Shown here in pieces: positions 55,190 through 64,000 of a DNA stretch of 64,000 nt; position 1 is the stretch's first letter; each line of letters opens with the position of its first letter. Origin of the DNA: Ignavibacteriota bacterium (GTDB taxonomy: Bacteria; Bacteroidota; Ignavibacteria; Palsa-1295); assembly GCA_963787835.1 (NCBI GenBank), contig CAWBEI010000002.1, positions 544,001 to 608,000 of the forward strand. Reading direction: 5' to 3'. The translations under genes and the position numbers were made by a program. Under the pieces are notes generated by a model, which saw only the letters and a list, made by a program, of their open reading frames with translations, ran no database searches and was not told the DNA's origin.

Positions 55190-57292
55190 ATGTTCCAGCG
55201 CATACTTTCTCGTCCTTTCTATCTCGCATCGATCGTCGCGGTGACTGCGTTCGTGGTGTATATGCAAACGCTTGCGCCGAGCGCGGATTTTATCGACGCC
55301 GGCGAGCTTGCGACGGTCTGCACCACGCTCGGCATCGCACACCCGACGGGTTACCCGCTCTTTACGCTCATCGGCTGGGTCTTCGCGCATCTGCCGATCG
55401 GCGGCACGGCGATCTATCGGCTGAATATCATGGCTGCGTTCTTCACGGCTATGGGTGCTGGTGGGGTGGTCTTGCTTGCGAATGAGCTTTTTAGTTACTG
55501 GATGCCGGAACGGATAGCGAGGGTAAAGGGTAAAGGGCAAAGGGTAAAGGAAAAGGGACAAAATTCAAAAAATAAAAATCGTAAAAATGTAGCGCAGGCG
55601 TCCTCGCCTGTCCCCGCTCCCGATGCTTGGGAACCGGCGAGGACGCCGGCGCTACTTGCTGCGGGAACCGGCCTTATCACAGCATTCAGCGCGACATGGT
55701 GGGCACAATCCTGTTCGATCGAGGTGTATCCGCTGCATCTTTTCATGGTGCCGTTGGTGCTGGTGTTCTTTTTAAGAATGCTGAGAAATGATGAGAGTGA
55801 CAAGGTTGGACGCGATGGACGGCTCTTTGCACTTTTGCTCGGTCTCGGTTTTGCCAATCACATGACGACGGTGTTGCTTGCTCCGGCATGTCTGTATATG
55901 TTCTTTGCTCGATACAGGTTTTCAAAACTTGCATGGAGGCGCATTCTCCGCCTTGCGCCATTTTTTATTGCAGGATTGCTTGTCTATATTTATATGCCTA
56001 TTCGTTCGGCCCAGTTCCCACCGATGGACTGGGGGCACACCGCAACCTTCGATGCGTTCCGGCGGCATGTTACGGCCAAGCAATTCCAGATATGGATGTT
56101 TACAGGCACCGGCGCGGCGGCAAAACAATGGGCCTATTTCTGGCACCGGGTTCCGCAGGAGTTCACTATTGTAGGCGCACTACTTGCACTTGCGGGATTA
56201 TGGAAGATGTTCAACGCCGCAAGTGTTCGCCGGACCCATATTCTTGCATTCACGCTTCTGCTATTTTTCGGATGCCTGTTCTATTCGATCAATTACGATA
56301 TTCACGATATAGATTCGTATTTTCTGCTTGCCTTTCTTGCGGTTGCCCTTTGGATCGGGGCGGGGATGCAGTCCGTTGTGCGATGGGTAGCCGTGACCTT
56401 TAGGTCACGGCCTGAAGAGCAATCTCCTGGTGTTGCACACCATGACCTGAAGGTCACGGCTACAATTGTGATTGCACTTCTGCTTGGTGTCATCGAGATC
56501 GGCGCGAATTTTTCAGACAATAACGAGAGCGGGAATTATATGGTCGAGGATTACACGATGAATATGCTCCGGAATCTTCCACCGAACGCAATCATCTTCT
56601 CGACCCAATGGGATTTTTGGGTAAGCGGAGATTTTTATTATCAATTGGTTGAGCATGTGCGCCCGGACGTGCTGGTGATCGATAAAGCCATGCTGCGTGA
56701 CCGCCCCTGGTATTATGCGGAACTCGAGAAACGCGCTCCGGAAGTATTTCGGCGCGTAAAACCGGAAGAACAAGCGTTCCTGAAATTACTGTGGGCGTTC
56801 GACAAAGGTGATCCTCTTAATCAGGATGCTCTTGCCCCAGCATACGAACGTTTTATATCTACATTGGTCGAACGCAACCTCGACCGGCCTATCTTCGTGA
56901 CGCAGGAAATGCTTGACGAGAATGATGATTTCTTGCAAGCCGCCAAGATGAAGATCATTCCTGCCGGCATTGCTTATCAACTCTGCCCACACGATACAAC
57001 CATTACTGCTACACAGCCAAAACTTACCTGGCGCGACAAGGGCTACCGTCTGCGTAATTATTATACCGACGATTCACGCCTCCTTCAAGCAATGCCGATG
57101 GCAACCTACGCAGAGCGGCGATTGCAGATGGGTGATACTGCAAGCGCAAGACGTTTCTTCGACAATGCGCTCCTGTTCACCCCCGATCTTTCTGCAAAAT
57201 TAGATGGCCTGAGCGACCGCGACCGCGAAATTGCAGAAGCGGCAAATGATAAATTTACGCAGATTCAAACGCTGCGAAATCAATTACACTAA
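55190..57292 (+). CDS. DUF2723 (TMEM260-like, GT-C-type) membrane glycosyltransferase
   Basis: TLAPS..FIDAGEL....LGIAHPTGYPLF, WAQS..IEVY, L..LPPNAIIF, VRPDV. Confidence 0.9.
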   Translation: MFQRILSRPFYLASIVAVTAFVVYMQTLAPSADFIDAGELATVCTTLGIAHPTGYPLFTLIGWVFAHLPIGGTAIYRLNIMAAFFTAMGAGGVVLLANELFSYWMPERIARVKGKGQRVKEKGQNSKNKNRKNVAQASSPVPAPDAWEPARTPALLAAGTGLITAFSATWWAQSCSIEVYPLHLFMVPLVLVFFLRMLRNDESDKVGRDGRLFALLLGLGFANHMTTVLLAPACLYMFFARYRFSKLAWRRILRLAPFFIAGLLVYIYMPIRSAQFPPMDWGHTATFDAFRRHVTAKQFQIWMFTGTGAAAKQWAYFWHRVPQEFTIVGALLALAGLWKMFNAASVRRTHILAFTLLLFFGCLFYSINYDIHDIDSYFLLAFLAVALWIGAGMQSVVRWVAVTFRSRPEEQSPGVAHHDLKVTATIVIALLLGVIEIGANFSDNNESGNYMVEDYTMNMLRNLPPNAIIFSTQWDFWVSGDFYYQLVEHVRPDVLVIDKAMLRDRPWYYAELEKRAPEVFRRVKPEEQAFLKLLWAFDKGDPLNQDALAPAYERFISTLVERNLDRPIFVTQEMLDENDDFLQAAKMKIIPAGIAYQLCPHDTTITATQPKLTWRDKGYRLRNYYTDDSRLLQAMPMATYAERRLQMGDTASARRFFDNALLFTPDLSAKLDGLSDRDREIAEAANDKFTQIQTLRNQLH

Positions 57293-57337
57293 TGAGCTTT
57301 ACTCACCTATGAGCTTTACTCACCTATGAGCTTTACA
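57292..57337 (+). repeat. 17-bp tandem repeat ATGAGCTTTACTCACCT (two full units plus the gene start)
   Basis: Units start at 57292, 57309 and 57326. Confidence 0.95.
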
Positions 57338-58387
57338 CATCGAATTAGCCCCGACGATCTTCACCACATCGATAAAAGCGATATGGCGGGTCATATTTCG
57401 CGTATGGGAATGCATATTCGCGAGGCAGTGCAGTTATGTGGCACATTAACACTCCCGATTAGCGGGAGTGAATGCACTGGAATTATTGCGCTTGGGATGG
57501 GTGGCTCGGCGATCGGTGGCGATCTGGTTCGTGCATATCTCTTTTCATCGTTGAAAGTCCCGTTCGTCGTTAACCGCTCGTACACACTGCCGTCATGGGC
57601 AAATGAAAGAACCCTCGTTATTGCATCGAGTTATTCGGGCAATACCGAAGAAACACTTTCGGCATTCGAGCAAGCGGCAGCAAAAAAGCTACCGATCCTT
57701 TGCATAACAACGGGCGGCACACTGGCGCGGCGCGCGAAAGAACTAAACCTCCCGGCAATTATTGTTCCTGCCGAAATGCAGCCGCGAGCCGCATTAGCAT
57801 ATTCTTTTGTCCCGATCCTGCTTGCATTTGAAAAGTTGGGAATGAGTTCGGGAGAAGAACAAAATCTGGAACGCGTCGCGTCACTTCTCGAAACACTTTC
57901 TGAGCGATATGGTATTACGCATCTTGATGACAACAATCCCGCATTCAAACTTGCCGGTGAAATTGTGCATCGCGTTCCGGTCATGTATGCATCCTCGAGC
58001 GAGGAAGCCATTGCGCTCCGGTGGCACGGACAAATTAATGAGAATGGAAAACATCTCGCATTCCATAATCTGGTTTCTGAAATGAATCATAATGAGCTGG
58101 AGTCCTGGTCACACCCGATCGATCTTGTTCAGCGGTTTTCCATTGTCTTGCTTCGCATGAGCGAGGAACATCCACGCATCACTAAGCGCTTTGAAGTCAT
58201 GAAGGACATGTTCCACAGCAAGCAAGTGGATGTGTTCGAAGTCAAACCAGAGGGCCAAACCCGCCTCGATCAACTATTCAGCCTTATCGCGCTTGGGGAC
58301 TGGGCCAGCTACTACATGGCGCTCTTCGCCGGCAGCGACCCCACCGCCATTGATGCCATTGAGGAATTCAAGCAGAAAATGCTATAA
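57326..58387 (+). CDS. Bifunctional phosphoglucose/phosphomannose isomerase (SIS domains)
   Basis: GMGGSAIGGD, SSYSGNTEET, ITTGG.L, QPRAA, RW..QINENGK, EMNHNE. Confidence 0.93.
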   Translation: MSFTHRISPDDLHHIDKSDMAGHISRMGMHIREAVQLCGTLTLPISGSECTGIIALGMGGSAIGGDLVRAYLFSSLKVPFVVNRSYTLPSWANERTLVIASSYSGNTEETLSAFEQAAAKKLPILCITTGGTLARRAKELNLPAIIVPAEMQPRAALAYSFVPILLAFEKLGMSSGEEQNLERVASLLETLSERYGITHLDDNNPAFKLAGEIVHRVPVMYASSSEEAIALRWHGQINENGKHLAFHNLVSEMNHNELESWSHPIDLVQRFSIVLLRMSEEHPRITKRFEVMKDMFHSKQVDVFEVKPEGQTRLDQLFSLIALGDWASYYMALFAGSDPTAIDAIEEFKQKML

Positions 58388-58509
58388 TACGTTACAAAAC
58401 AAAATTCAATGGAAGTACGTAATAATTTCGTATTTTCGCAATGGGATGTGCGGGCATTAAGGCCGGCAGAGCATAGAAATCCCCGTCATACTACCTCATT
58501 TTTTCGATT

Positions 58510-59844
58510 ATGAAGATCAAACTCTCTCTTATAGTCCTTCTTTTTACCGTTGTTGCGCTTAAATCCCAGGCCCAAACGTATGGCTCCTGGCAGGTAATTG
58601 ATGGCGCGGGTAACTTCAACGAACAGCTTTCATCAATGGCGTGGCCTACTATGGATTCGGGTTTCTTCCTCGGAAACACGCTGCAAATTACTCGCACGAT
58701 AGACACTGGAGTTGATTTTACGGTGCAGCCATTTCCCGATCCCATCGATACGATCCATGCAGGCGGCAACACCTACTACAACCATCATTCCGCAATCCAA
58801 ACGGTAGCCGATATGGCATGGCCCAGCAATAATACTGGCTTCGTAGTCGGTATCTCCGGCAGCGATACGTTCGGCCATACAGCGGTTCCGACCGTCCTTG
58901 CAACGCAAGATGGCGGCAACACCTGGAACCAATATTATCCGGCCGATACCTTGGAGCTATTTAGCAACATCTATTTCCCGAGCGCAACCGTCGGGTATGG
59001 CTCTGCCTCATTAAGTGATGGTTCCGAAGCCTTTATCACCAAAACGACCGATGGTGGAAAGACATGGGCGAACGTGTTTCAGTCCGATAGCCTCCTCTTT
59101 AGAAATCTGCATTTTATCAATGCGAATAACGGAATATTTTTCGCACTAGGGATTTCGCTCCATCTTGGATACACCACCGACGGCGGCACATCGTTCCATT
59201 TGGTCTCCATGGGTACGGACTCCGCGCCGTATTTTCTACATTGGAATAATGACAGCTCCTGGCTCGTCGGCTCGGATAGCGTGTATCGCTCGATCGATTC
59301 CGGAAAGACCTGGAAAAGCGTTGTACCCTATGACACCGCCAATGGCTCTGCAGTGGTCGGGACCTTCTATGACGATTCCGGCTTTGTGTTCCGCGCAAAC
59401 AACCTGACGGTGCTCATGACCACAAATTCTGGTATATCCTGGAGTTCCAGCGTCATCTCCAACCCGGATTCTCTCACGCCACTCGCAGCATCGATGGTAT
59501 CACCCTATCTTGCATACTTGCTTGCCTTCGATAATACGCAAACGGGCAATGCGCTGTTAAAGATAGAATTCGAAAAATCATCGGGACCTCCCATGGGAGT
59601 TAACGAAGGTCCATCCGGCTCGACCCCATTTGCTGCTATTTATGGTAACAACGAGATCACCTTTACGATGTCCCCGGCCTCCGAAGCGCGTTCTATTCAA
59701 GTCATGGATGTCTTAGGGAGAACCTGTGCGTCACTCGCGCTTGCACCGAATGCAGGGAGTTCCCAACTTGGAATTACATCATTACGGCCCGGAACCTACT
59801 TTGCTGAACTCAGCGGATCGACCGTAACGTTTGTGATCCCATAA
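58510..59844 (+). CDS. Secreted YCF48/BNR-repeat protein with probable T9SS sorting domain
   Basis: Signal peptide; repeated TxDGGxTW; C-terminal MDVLGR...PGTYFAEL. Confidence 0.82.
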   Translation: MKIKLSLIVLLFTVVALKSQAQTYGSWQVIDGAGNFNEQLSSMAWPTMDSGFFLGNTLQITRTIDTGVDFTVQPFPDPIDTIHAGGNTYYNHHSAIQTVADMAWPSNNTGFVVGISGSDTFGHTAVPTVLATQDGGNTWNQYYPADTLELFSNIYFPSATVGYGSASLSDGSEAFITKTTDGGKTWANVFQSDSLLFRNLHFINANNGIFFALGISLHLGYTTDGGTSFHLVSMGTDSAPYFLHWNNDSSWLVGSDSVYRSIDSGKTWKSVVPYDTANGSAVVGTFYDDSGFVFRANNLTVLMTTNSGISWSSSVISNPDSLTPLAASMVSPYLAYLLAFDNTQTGNALLKIEFEKSSGPPMGVNEGPSGSTPFAAIYGNNEITFTMSPASEARSIQVMDVLGRTCASLALAPNAGSSQLGITSLRPGTYFAELSGSTVTFVIP

Positions 59845-59850
59845 GTCCGA

Positions 59851-60816
59851 TCAGTGAGAGCGAAGTTTAGTTATTTCTTCAGTCAACGTTGGTAATATCT
59901 CGAATGCATCGCCGATGATCCCGTAATCGGCGATGCTGAAGATCGGGGCGTTCTCGTCCTTATTGATCGCCACGATCGTTTTGGAACTGGACATTCCTGC
60001 CAGATGCTGCACCGCGCCAGAGATACCAACCGCAACATAAAGGGTTGGAGAAACCGTTTTTCCTGTCTGCCCAACCTGTTCCGAATGCGGCCGCCAACCT
60101 GCATCGACCACAGCCCGCGATGCACCTGTAGCACCACCGAATGCCGCAGCAAGATTCTCGATCAATGCCCAGTTTTCGGGGCCGCGCATTCCCCGGCCAC
60201 CGGAAACGATAATATCTGCTTCAGCAACATCGATCTTACCCTGCGAAAGCACGAGGGTCTTCGTCTGCTCCGCAAAATCCGAATCCTCGAACCCAACTGT
60301 GATAGAATTAACGGATGGTTCGCTTGCAGGAGCTTCAACCGGAGCCTTCCATAAATTTGGACGGGTCGAATAAATTTTCACGGGAGTGGTAACCCGAACG
60401 CCTACTTGTGCCTTCCCTGCATATACCGGATGCGTTGCGACGATCTCACCCGCTTCCAATGAAAACGCTGTAACATCTGGCACGTAACCCGCTTCCAGGC
60501 GAACAGCCACGCGCGGGGCGAGATCTTTACCGCGTCCGGTCTCGCCGATAAGAACTACATCGGCCGAAGCCTGTCTTGCGATCTCTGCAAGCGCTTTGCT
60601 GCTGGCGTGGGAAGAATAATTGGCAAGTCGTACATCACTCACGGAATAAATGGCACTAACGTTCAACAGCTTGGACTGCTCGATCAGTGTGGATGAATCC
60701 GCGCCAACGATGGCGGCGATCACATTTCCTCCAAGTGCTTGTGCAGCCCCAATGGCTTCGAGGGATGGTTTACGAATTTGCCCGTTACGTTCTTCGAGAT
60801 AAACGAGGATGTTCAT
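59851..60816 (-). CDS. etfA: Electron transfer flavoprotein alpha subunit
   Basis: IIVSGGRG, GASRAVVDAGW, QVGQTGKTV.P.LYVAVGISGA.QHLAGM, AINKD..APIF. Confidence 0.96.
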   Translation of the reverse strand: MNILVYLEERNGQIRKPSLEAIGAAQALGGNVIAAIVGADSSTLIEQSKLLNVSAIYSVSDVRLANYSSHASSKALAEIARQASADVVLIGETGRGKDLAPRVAVRLEAGYVPDVTAFSLEAGEIVATHPVYAGKAQVGVRVTTPVKIYSTRPNLWKAPVEAPASEPSVNSITVGFEDSDFAEQTKTLVLSQGKIDVAEADIIVSGGRGMRGPENWALIENLAAAFGGATGASRAVVDAGWRPHSEQVGQTGKTVSPTLYVAVGISGAVQHLAGMSSSKTIVAINKDENAPIFSIADYGIIGDAFEILPTLTEEITKLRSH

Positions 60817-60823
60817 TGGTCGT

Positions 60824-60895
60824 GTAGCCGTGACCTTCAGGTCACGGTGTGATTTGGTTTCAATTTTTACACCGTGACCTGAAGGTCACGGCTAC
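60824..60895. repeat. REPIN doublet GTAGCCGTGACCTTCAGGTCACGG ... CCGTGACCTGAAGGTCACGGCTAC
   Basis: Perfect inverted repeat between etfB and etfA; same family at 20036 and 56387. Confidence 0.92.
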
Positions 60896-60899
60896 GAGG

Positions 60900-61652
60900 T
60901 TAAATTACTTTTGCTTCTTCGTGCAATAACCGCACAAGTTCCTGCGCTGCTCCAACGGCGTTGCCATCGGATTTCAGTATTTTATTTGCGCGCTTCTTTT
61001 CCGGTTTCGTCATCAGAACGATCTCCGTTCGAGTTGCGCCGGAGGTGCCATTCGTTTCCTGAATGGGTTTCTGTTTCGCTTTCATAATATTCGGAAGCGA
61101 AGGATACCTCGGGTCGTTCAAGCCTTTCTGTGCGGCAACAATGCACGGCATCGTAAGTTCGATCACTTCGCGCCCGCCTTCAACTTCCTTTTCGGCGGTC
61201 GCCGTGTTGCCTTCGATAGTAAGGCTCACGACTACGGTTGCAGCAGGAAGATTCAAGAGTTCGGATAGCATCGGCGCGATCTCCATCCCATCGAAATCAA
61301 TGGATTGTTTGCCAAGCAAAATAAGATCGGCGTTCAGCGGCCTTATTGCGTCGGCGAGCATCGAAGCGACCTGAAAAGAATCTTTTTTCTCGCCTTTGAT
61401 GAGAATGCCCTTATCCGCGCCCATTGCAAGCGCTTGCCGTATGGCTTCCTTCGCATTATCGGCGCCAACGGAGATCGCCGTTACTTCGCCTTTATGTTTA
61501 TCCCGAAGCCGGAGTGCTTCCTCGACTGCGAATTCATCATAAGGATTGAGAATAAACTTCACCCCCGCTGGATCCATGGACTTGCCGTCGGTGGCAACAT
61601 TGATCTTCGTAGTAGTATCGGGTACGTGGCTAACGCAAACGAGAATGTTCAT
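60900..61652 (-). CDS. etfB: Electron transfer flavoprotein beta subunit
   Basis: VPDT, NPYDEFAVEEALRL, ALAMGAD, GKQSID, N.PRYPSL..IMKAK.KP. Confidence 0.96.
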   Translation of the reverse strand: MNILVCVSHVPDTTTKINVATDGKSMDPAGVKFILNPYDEFAVEEALRLRDKHKGEVTAISVGADNAKEAIRQALAMGADKGILIKGEKKDSFQVASMLADAIRPLNADLILLGKQSIDFDGMEIAPMLSELLNLPAATVVVSLTIEGNTATAEKEVEGGREVIELTMPCIVAAQKGLNDPRYPSLPNIMKAKQKPIQETNGTSGATRTEIVLMTKPEKKRANKILKSDGNAVGAAQELVRLLHEEAKVI

Positions 61653-61783
61653 TGGCTAACGCAGTGGATAGTGTACAGTGGAAAGTTGATAGTAGGGGTT
61701 CGGATAGGAATTACCAAAAATCAGGCACAAGGGGTACCAGTTCATTTTCAAATATTCGCTATCCACTATCCACTTTTCCACTA

Positions 61784-62086
61784 TCAACTAATTATGAATG
61801 ACATCGACTCTTCGAGGCTCTCCTCCATCTCCTCTACTTCGAGATTGCCGTAGGGCGTAATGAAATGGGGTAAGTCCTTGTGAGCGGCGGTCTTGAACAC
61901 CAGCCTTCGATTCAAAATTTCAAAAAGATCTCTGGAAAGAAACAACCTCGCGAACGGTCTTCCTTTTTCATGCAGATCACGAGCCTGCGCATAGATCGCG
62001 TTCTTGATCGTGTCGTAAGAAAGATCGTCTTCAGAGAGCTTTACTCGAACGAGGTCAGCAGCAAGGGAGGGTGGGTCTGTCGCCAT
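61784..62086 (-). CDS. Hypothetical protein (100 aa)
   Basis: ORF co-oriented between the methyltransferase gene and etfB; globular composition. Confidence 0.6.
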   Translation of the reverse strand: MATDPPSLAADLVRVKLSEDDLSYDTIKNAIYAQARDLHEKGRPFARLFLSRDLFEILNRRLVFKTAAHKDLPHFITPYGNLEVEEMEESLEESMSFIIS

Positions 62087-62112
62087 GAATGATTGAACAG
62101 CCGAAATGCAGA

Positions 62113-62928
62113 TCAGGTGCGTTCGGAAGGTAATTGTCCTGCGTAAAGGAGTGTCTGGTATCGCATGTCTATCTGGCCGCCGGCATTGTATCTATTGAAA
62201 ATAAGTTGAAGCGCCGCGATCATTTCCTGGTACTGTTCATCACCTTCGGCGGGAACGTAGGAGGATGATACTAAGCGCCCTTTCAGCCCATCGAAATCCA
62301 TCGAGATATTATTTTCGAATTGCAATTCGATAACAGGATACCCGTGGAAAAACTCGAGTACTCTGGACGAATTCGATGTATGGATATTCGCGTCCGGTGC
62401 ACTCTTCGTATGAACATTCCGATGATTTATCTCGGTGTAGTCTGTTCCAAAATCCAATAAAAGTTGTTCGTAGGCAATGAGAAAGGGTGTCGTATCCGTC
62501 TCACGGTCATTCCAGAGAATAACAACCCATCCACCCGGCTTCAAGATGCGTTTGAACTCTGCATAGGCGCGCTCGAAATCGAACCAATGAAATGCCTGCC
62601 CTGCAATAATGTAATCCACGCTACTATCAGGAAGAGTTGTCGCCTCAGCAGTGGCATCGAGGCTCTTAAAATTCTTGTATGTTGCAAGGTAGTGCTCTCC
62701 GGCTTCCCGCATGGGGCCGTTAGGTTCGATGGCATAGACAAAATTTCCATTTTCAAGAAAAAGCTCGGTCGAAAATCCGGTGCCGGATCCAATATCGGCA
62801 ACGATGTGGTTTGGGCGGAGGCCTGTATGCTCGCGGAGCGCATAAACCACCTCTTTGGGATAATGCGGCCGGTACTTCAGATAGGCTTCCACGCGGGAAG
62901 AGAATCGCTCGGTAGAGAGAGTTGACAT
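62113..62928 (-). CDS. Class I SAM-dependent methyltransferase
   Basis: RFS.RV..Y.KYRP.YP, VADIGSGTG, AIEPN..M, AGQAFHWFD, RILKPGG. Confidence 0.92.
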   Translation of the reverse strand: MSTLSTERFSSRVEAYLKYRPHYPKEVVYALREHTGLRPNHIVADIGSGTGFSTELFLENGNFVYAIEPNGPMREAGEHYLATYKNFKSLDATAEATTLPDSSVDYIIAGQAFHWFDFERAYAEFKRILKPGGWVVILWNDRETDTTPFLIAYEQLLLDFGTDYTEINHRNVHTKSAPDANIHTSNSSRVLEFFHGYPVIELQFENNISMDFDGLKGRLVSSSYVPAEGDEQYQEMIAALQLIFNRYNAGGQIDMRYQTLLYAGQLPSERT

Positions 62929-62987
62929 GTCAAAATTCTACGGGTAAATGCTTATGTGGTTCCGTGATTTTGGCGTCAAGCCATTCT

Positions 62988-63003
62988 GTGTCGTAACTTT
63001 GCA
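62988..63003 (+). promoter_or_regulatory. Bacteroidota-type -7 promoter (TGTCG-TAACTTTG) for the DUF47-pit operon
   Basis: Matches TAnnTTTG about 45 nt upstream of the ATG at 63048. Confidence 0.6.
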
Positions 63004-63047
63004 CGAAGTTTATTGATTGGCCTCTTAGACGACATTATCAATTACGT

Positions 63048-63695
63048 ATGGGTTTTTCATCTTTCCTCCGCCGGTTGCTTCCAAAGGAGAATCAGTATTT
63101 TAGGCTTTTTACTGCTAATATTGCCAATATTCAAGAAGCAGCAACTGACCTGCGAAAACTGCTTGATGCCAAAACAACCTCCGACCGGAAAATCCTCGTT
63201 GCTCGTATCGAAGATGCGGAGCATCGCGGCGATGAGATAACGCACGATATTTTTGCCGATCTTTCGAAAACATTTGTAACCCCGATCGACCGAGAGGATA
63301 TCCATGCCCTTGCCGGGGAGATCGATGATATTCTCGATCTGATGGAAGATGTTGCCCTGCGCACCATCCTCTACGACGTAACAGAATTTCCACCGGAATT
63401 CCGCGACTTGACAGACATCCTTGTGAAAGCCGTCGAAAATCTTGTAGTGGCAGTGCCGTTGCTCGGCGATATGAAGAACGTTGAGATCATTCTGCGATCC
63501 TGTGAGCATGTCAATACATGTGAGAATGCTGGAGACGATATCTATCATAACGCGATCGCACGTCTGTTCCGTGATATCAAAGATCCCATCGAACTCATCA
63601 AGCTGAAGGAGATCATTTCAGATATTGAAGAAGCGATCGATAAGTGCGAACATGTCGCTAATCTTGTCGAGGGTGTGGTAGTAAAATATGCATAA
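63048..63695 (+). CDS. DUF47 / PhoU-like phosphate transport regulator
   Basis: EHRGDEITH...L.KTFVTPIDREDI..LA..IDDILD, EN.GD, E.AIDKCE.VAN. Confidence 0.93.
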   Translation: MGFSSFLRRLLPKENQYFRLFTANIANIQEAATDLRKLLDAKTTSDRKILVARIEDAEHRGDEITHDIFADLSKTFVTPIDREDIHALAGEIDDILDLMEDVALRTILYDVTEFPPEFRDLTDILVKAVENLVVAVPLLGDMKNVEIILRSCEHVNTCENAGDDIYHNAIARLFRDIKDPIELIKLKEIISDIEEAIDKCEHVANLVEGVVVKYA

Positions 63696-64000
63696 GTGCC
63701 TGTGACCCTAATTATCGTCGTCATTTGTATCGCGTTCGTCTTTGATTATTTCAATGGCTTCCATGATGCGGCCAATTCCATCGCCACCATTGTCTCGACT
63801 CGCGTCCTCACCCCCGGTCAGGCAGTGCTTTGGGCTGCATTCTTTAATTTTGTAGCCGTCTTTGGTTTTGGAACCGCAGTGGCAAAAACGGTTGGCTCCG
63901 GGATGGTGGATATCAGTGTTGTCACCACCTATGTGGTGCTTGCTGCACTGATCGGAGCGATCGTATGGGACATCATTACGTGGTGGCTCGGGCTTCCGAC
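63696..64000 (+). CDS. pitA: Inorganic phosphate transporter (PiT family), 5' part; runs off the window end
   Basis: GTG start; reading gives FDYFNGFHDAANSIATIVSTRVL, VAKTVG.G, W.IITWWLGLP. Confidence 0.9.
   Translation, partial: MPVTLIIVVICIAFVFDYFNGFHDAANSIATIVSTRVLTPGQAVLWAAFFNFVAVFGFGTAVAKTVGSGMVDISVVTTYVVLAALIGAIVWDIITWWLGLP

Noticed and set aside
57292-57337. CRISPR array
   Set aside because: The repeats are directly adjacent with no spacers, and there are no cas genes. No CRISPR array was seen anywhere in the window.

Overview
Chromosomal 64-kb segment of a moderately GC-rich bacterium, probably FCB-group (Bacteroidota/Kapabacteria/Ignavibacteria-like). This inference rests on several proteins with T9SS-type C-terminal sorting domains and on TAnnTTTG-type promoters. 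Most genes are housekeeping: ispG, tmk, rpmE, dapB-dapA, etfBA, PGI/PMI, DUF47-Pit, an M24 and an M20 peptidase and an ABC exporter. Mixed in are secreted T9SS cargo proteins, a rubrerythrin/Fe-S oxidoreductase/DUF3501 cluster, three toxin-antitoxin-type pairs (MNT-HEPN, VapBC-like, MazEF with a shortened toxin) and a type I restriction-modification locus (HsdR plus fused M-S). Many REP/REPIN-like palindromes and heptamer microsatellites are present, several of them in frame inside genes. The main unexplained signal is a pair of diverged ~270-bp non-coding elements 35.6 kb apart (4087-4359 and 39674-39950). They share ordered conserved blocks, a promoter-like motif, a covarying stem and GGCACC hairpins at both ends, and look like an undescribed structured-RNA family. 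Other notable items are an ECF sigma factor coupled to an anti-sigma-like protein ending in a T9SS-type sorting domain, a 17-bp tandem repeat forming a relay of coupled mini-ORFs, and a sigma54-type promoter with a structured leader before tmk. I found no rRNA, tRNA, CRISPR array, integrase or transposase. All calls come from reading the sequence; no database searches were run.
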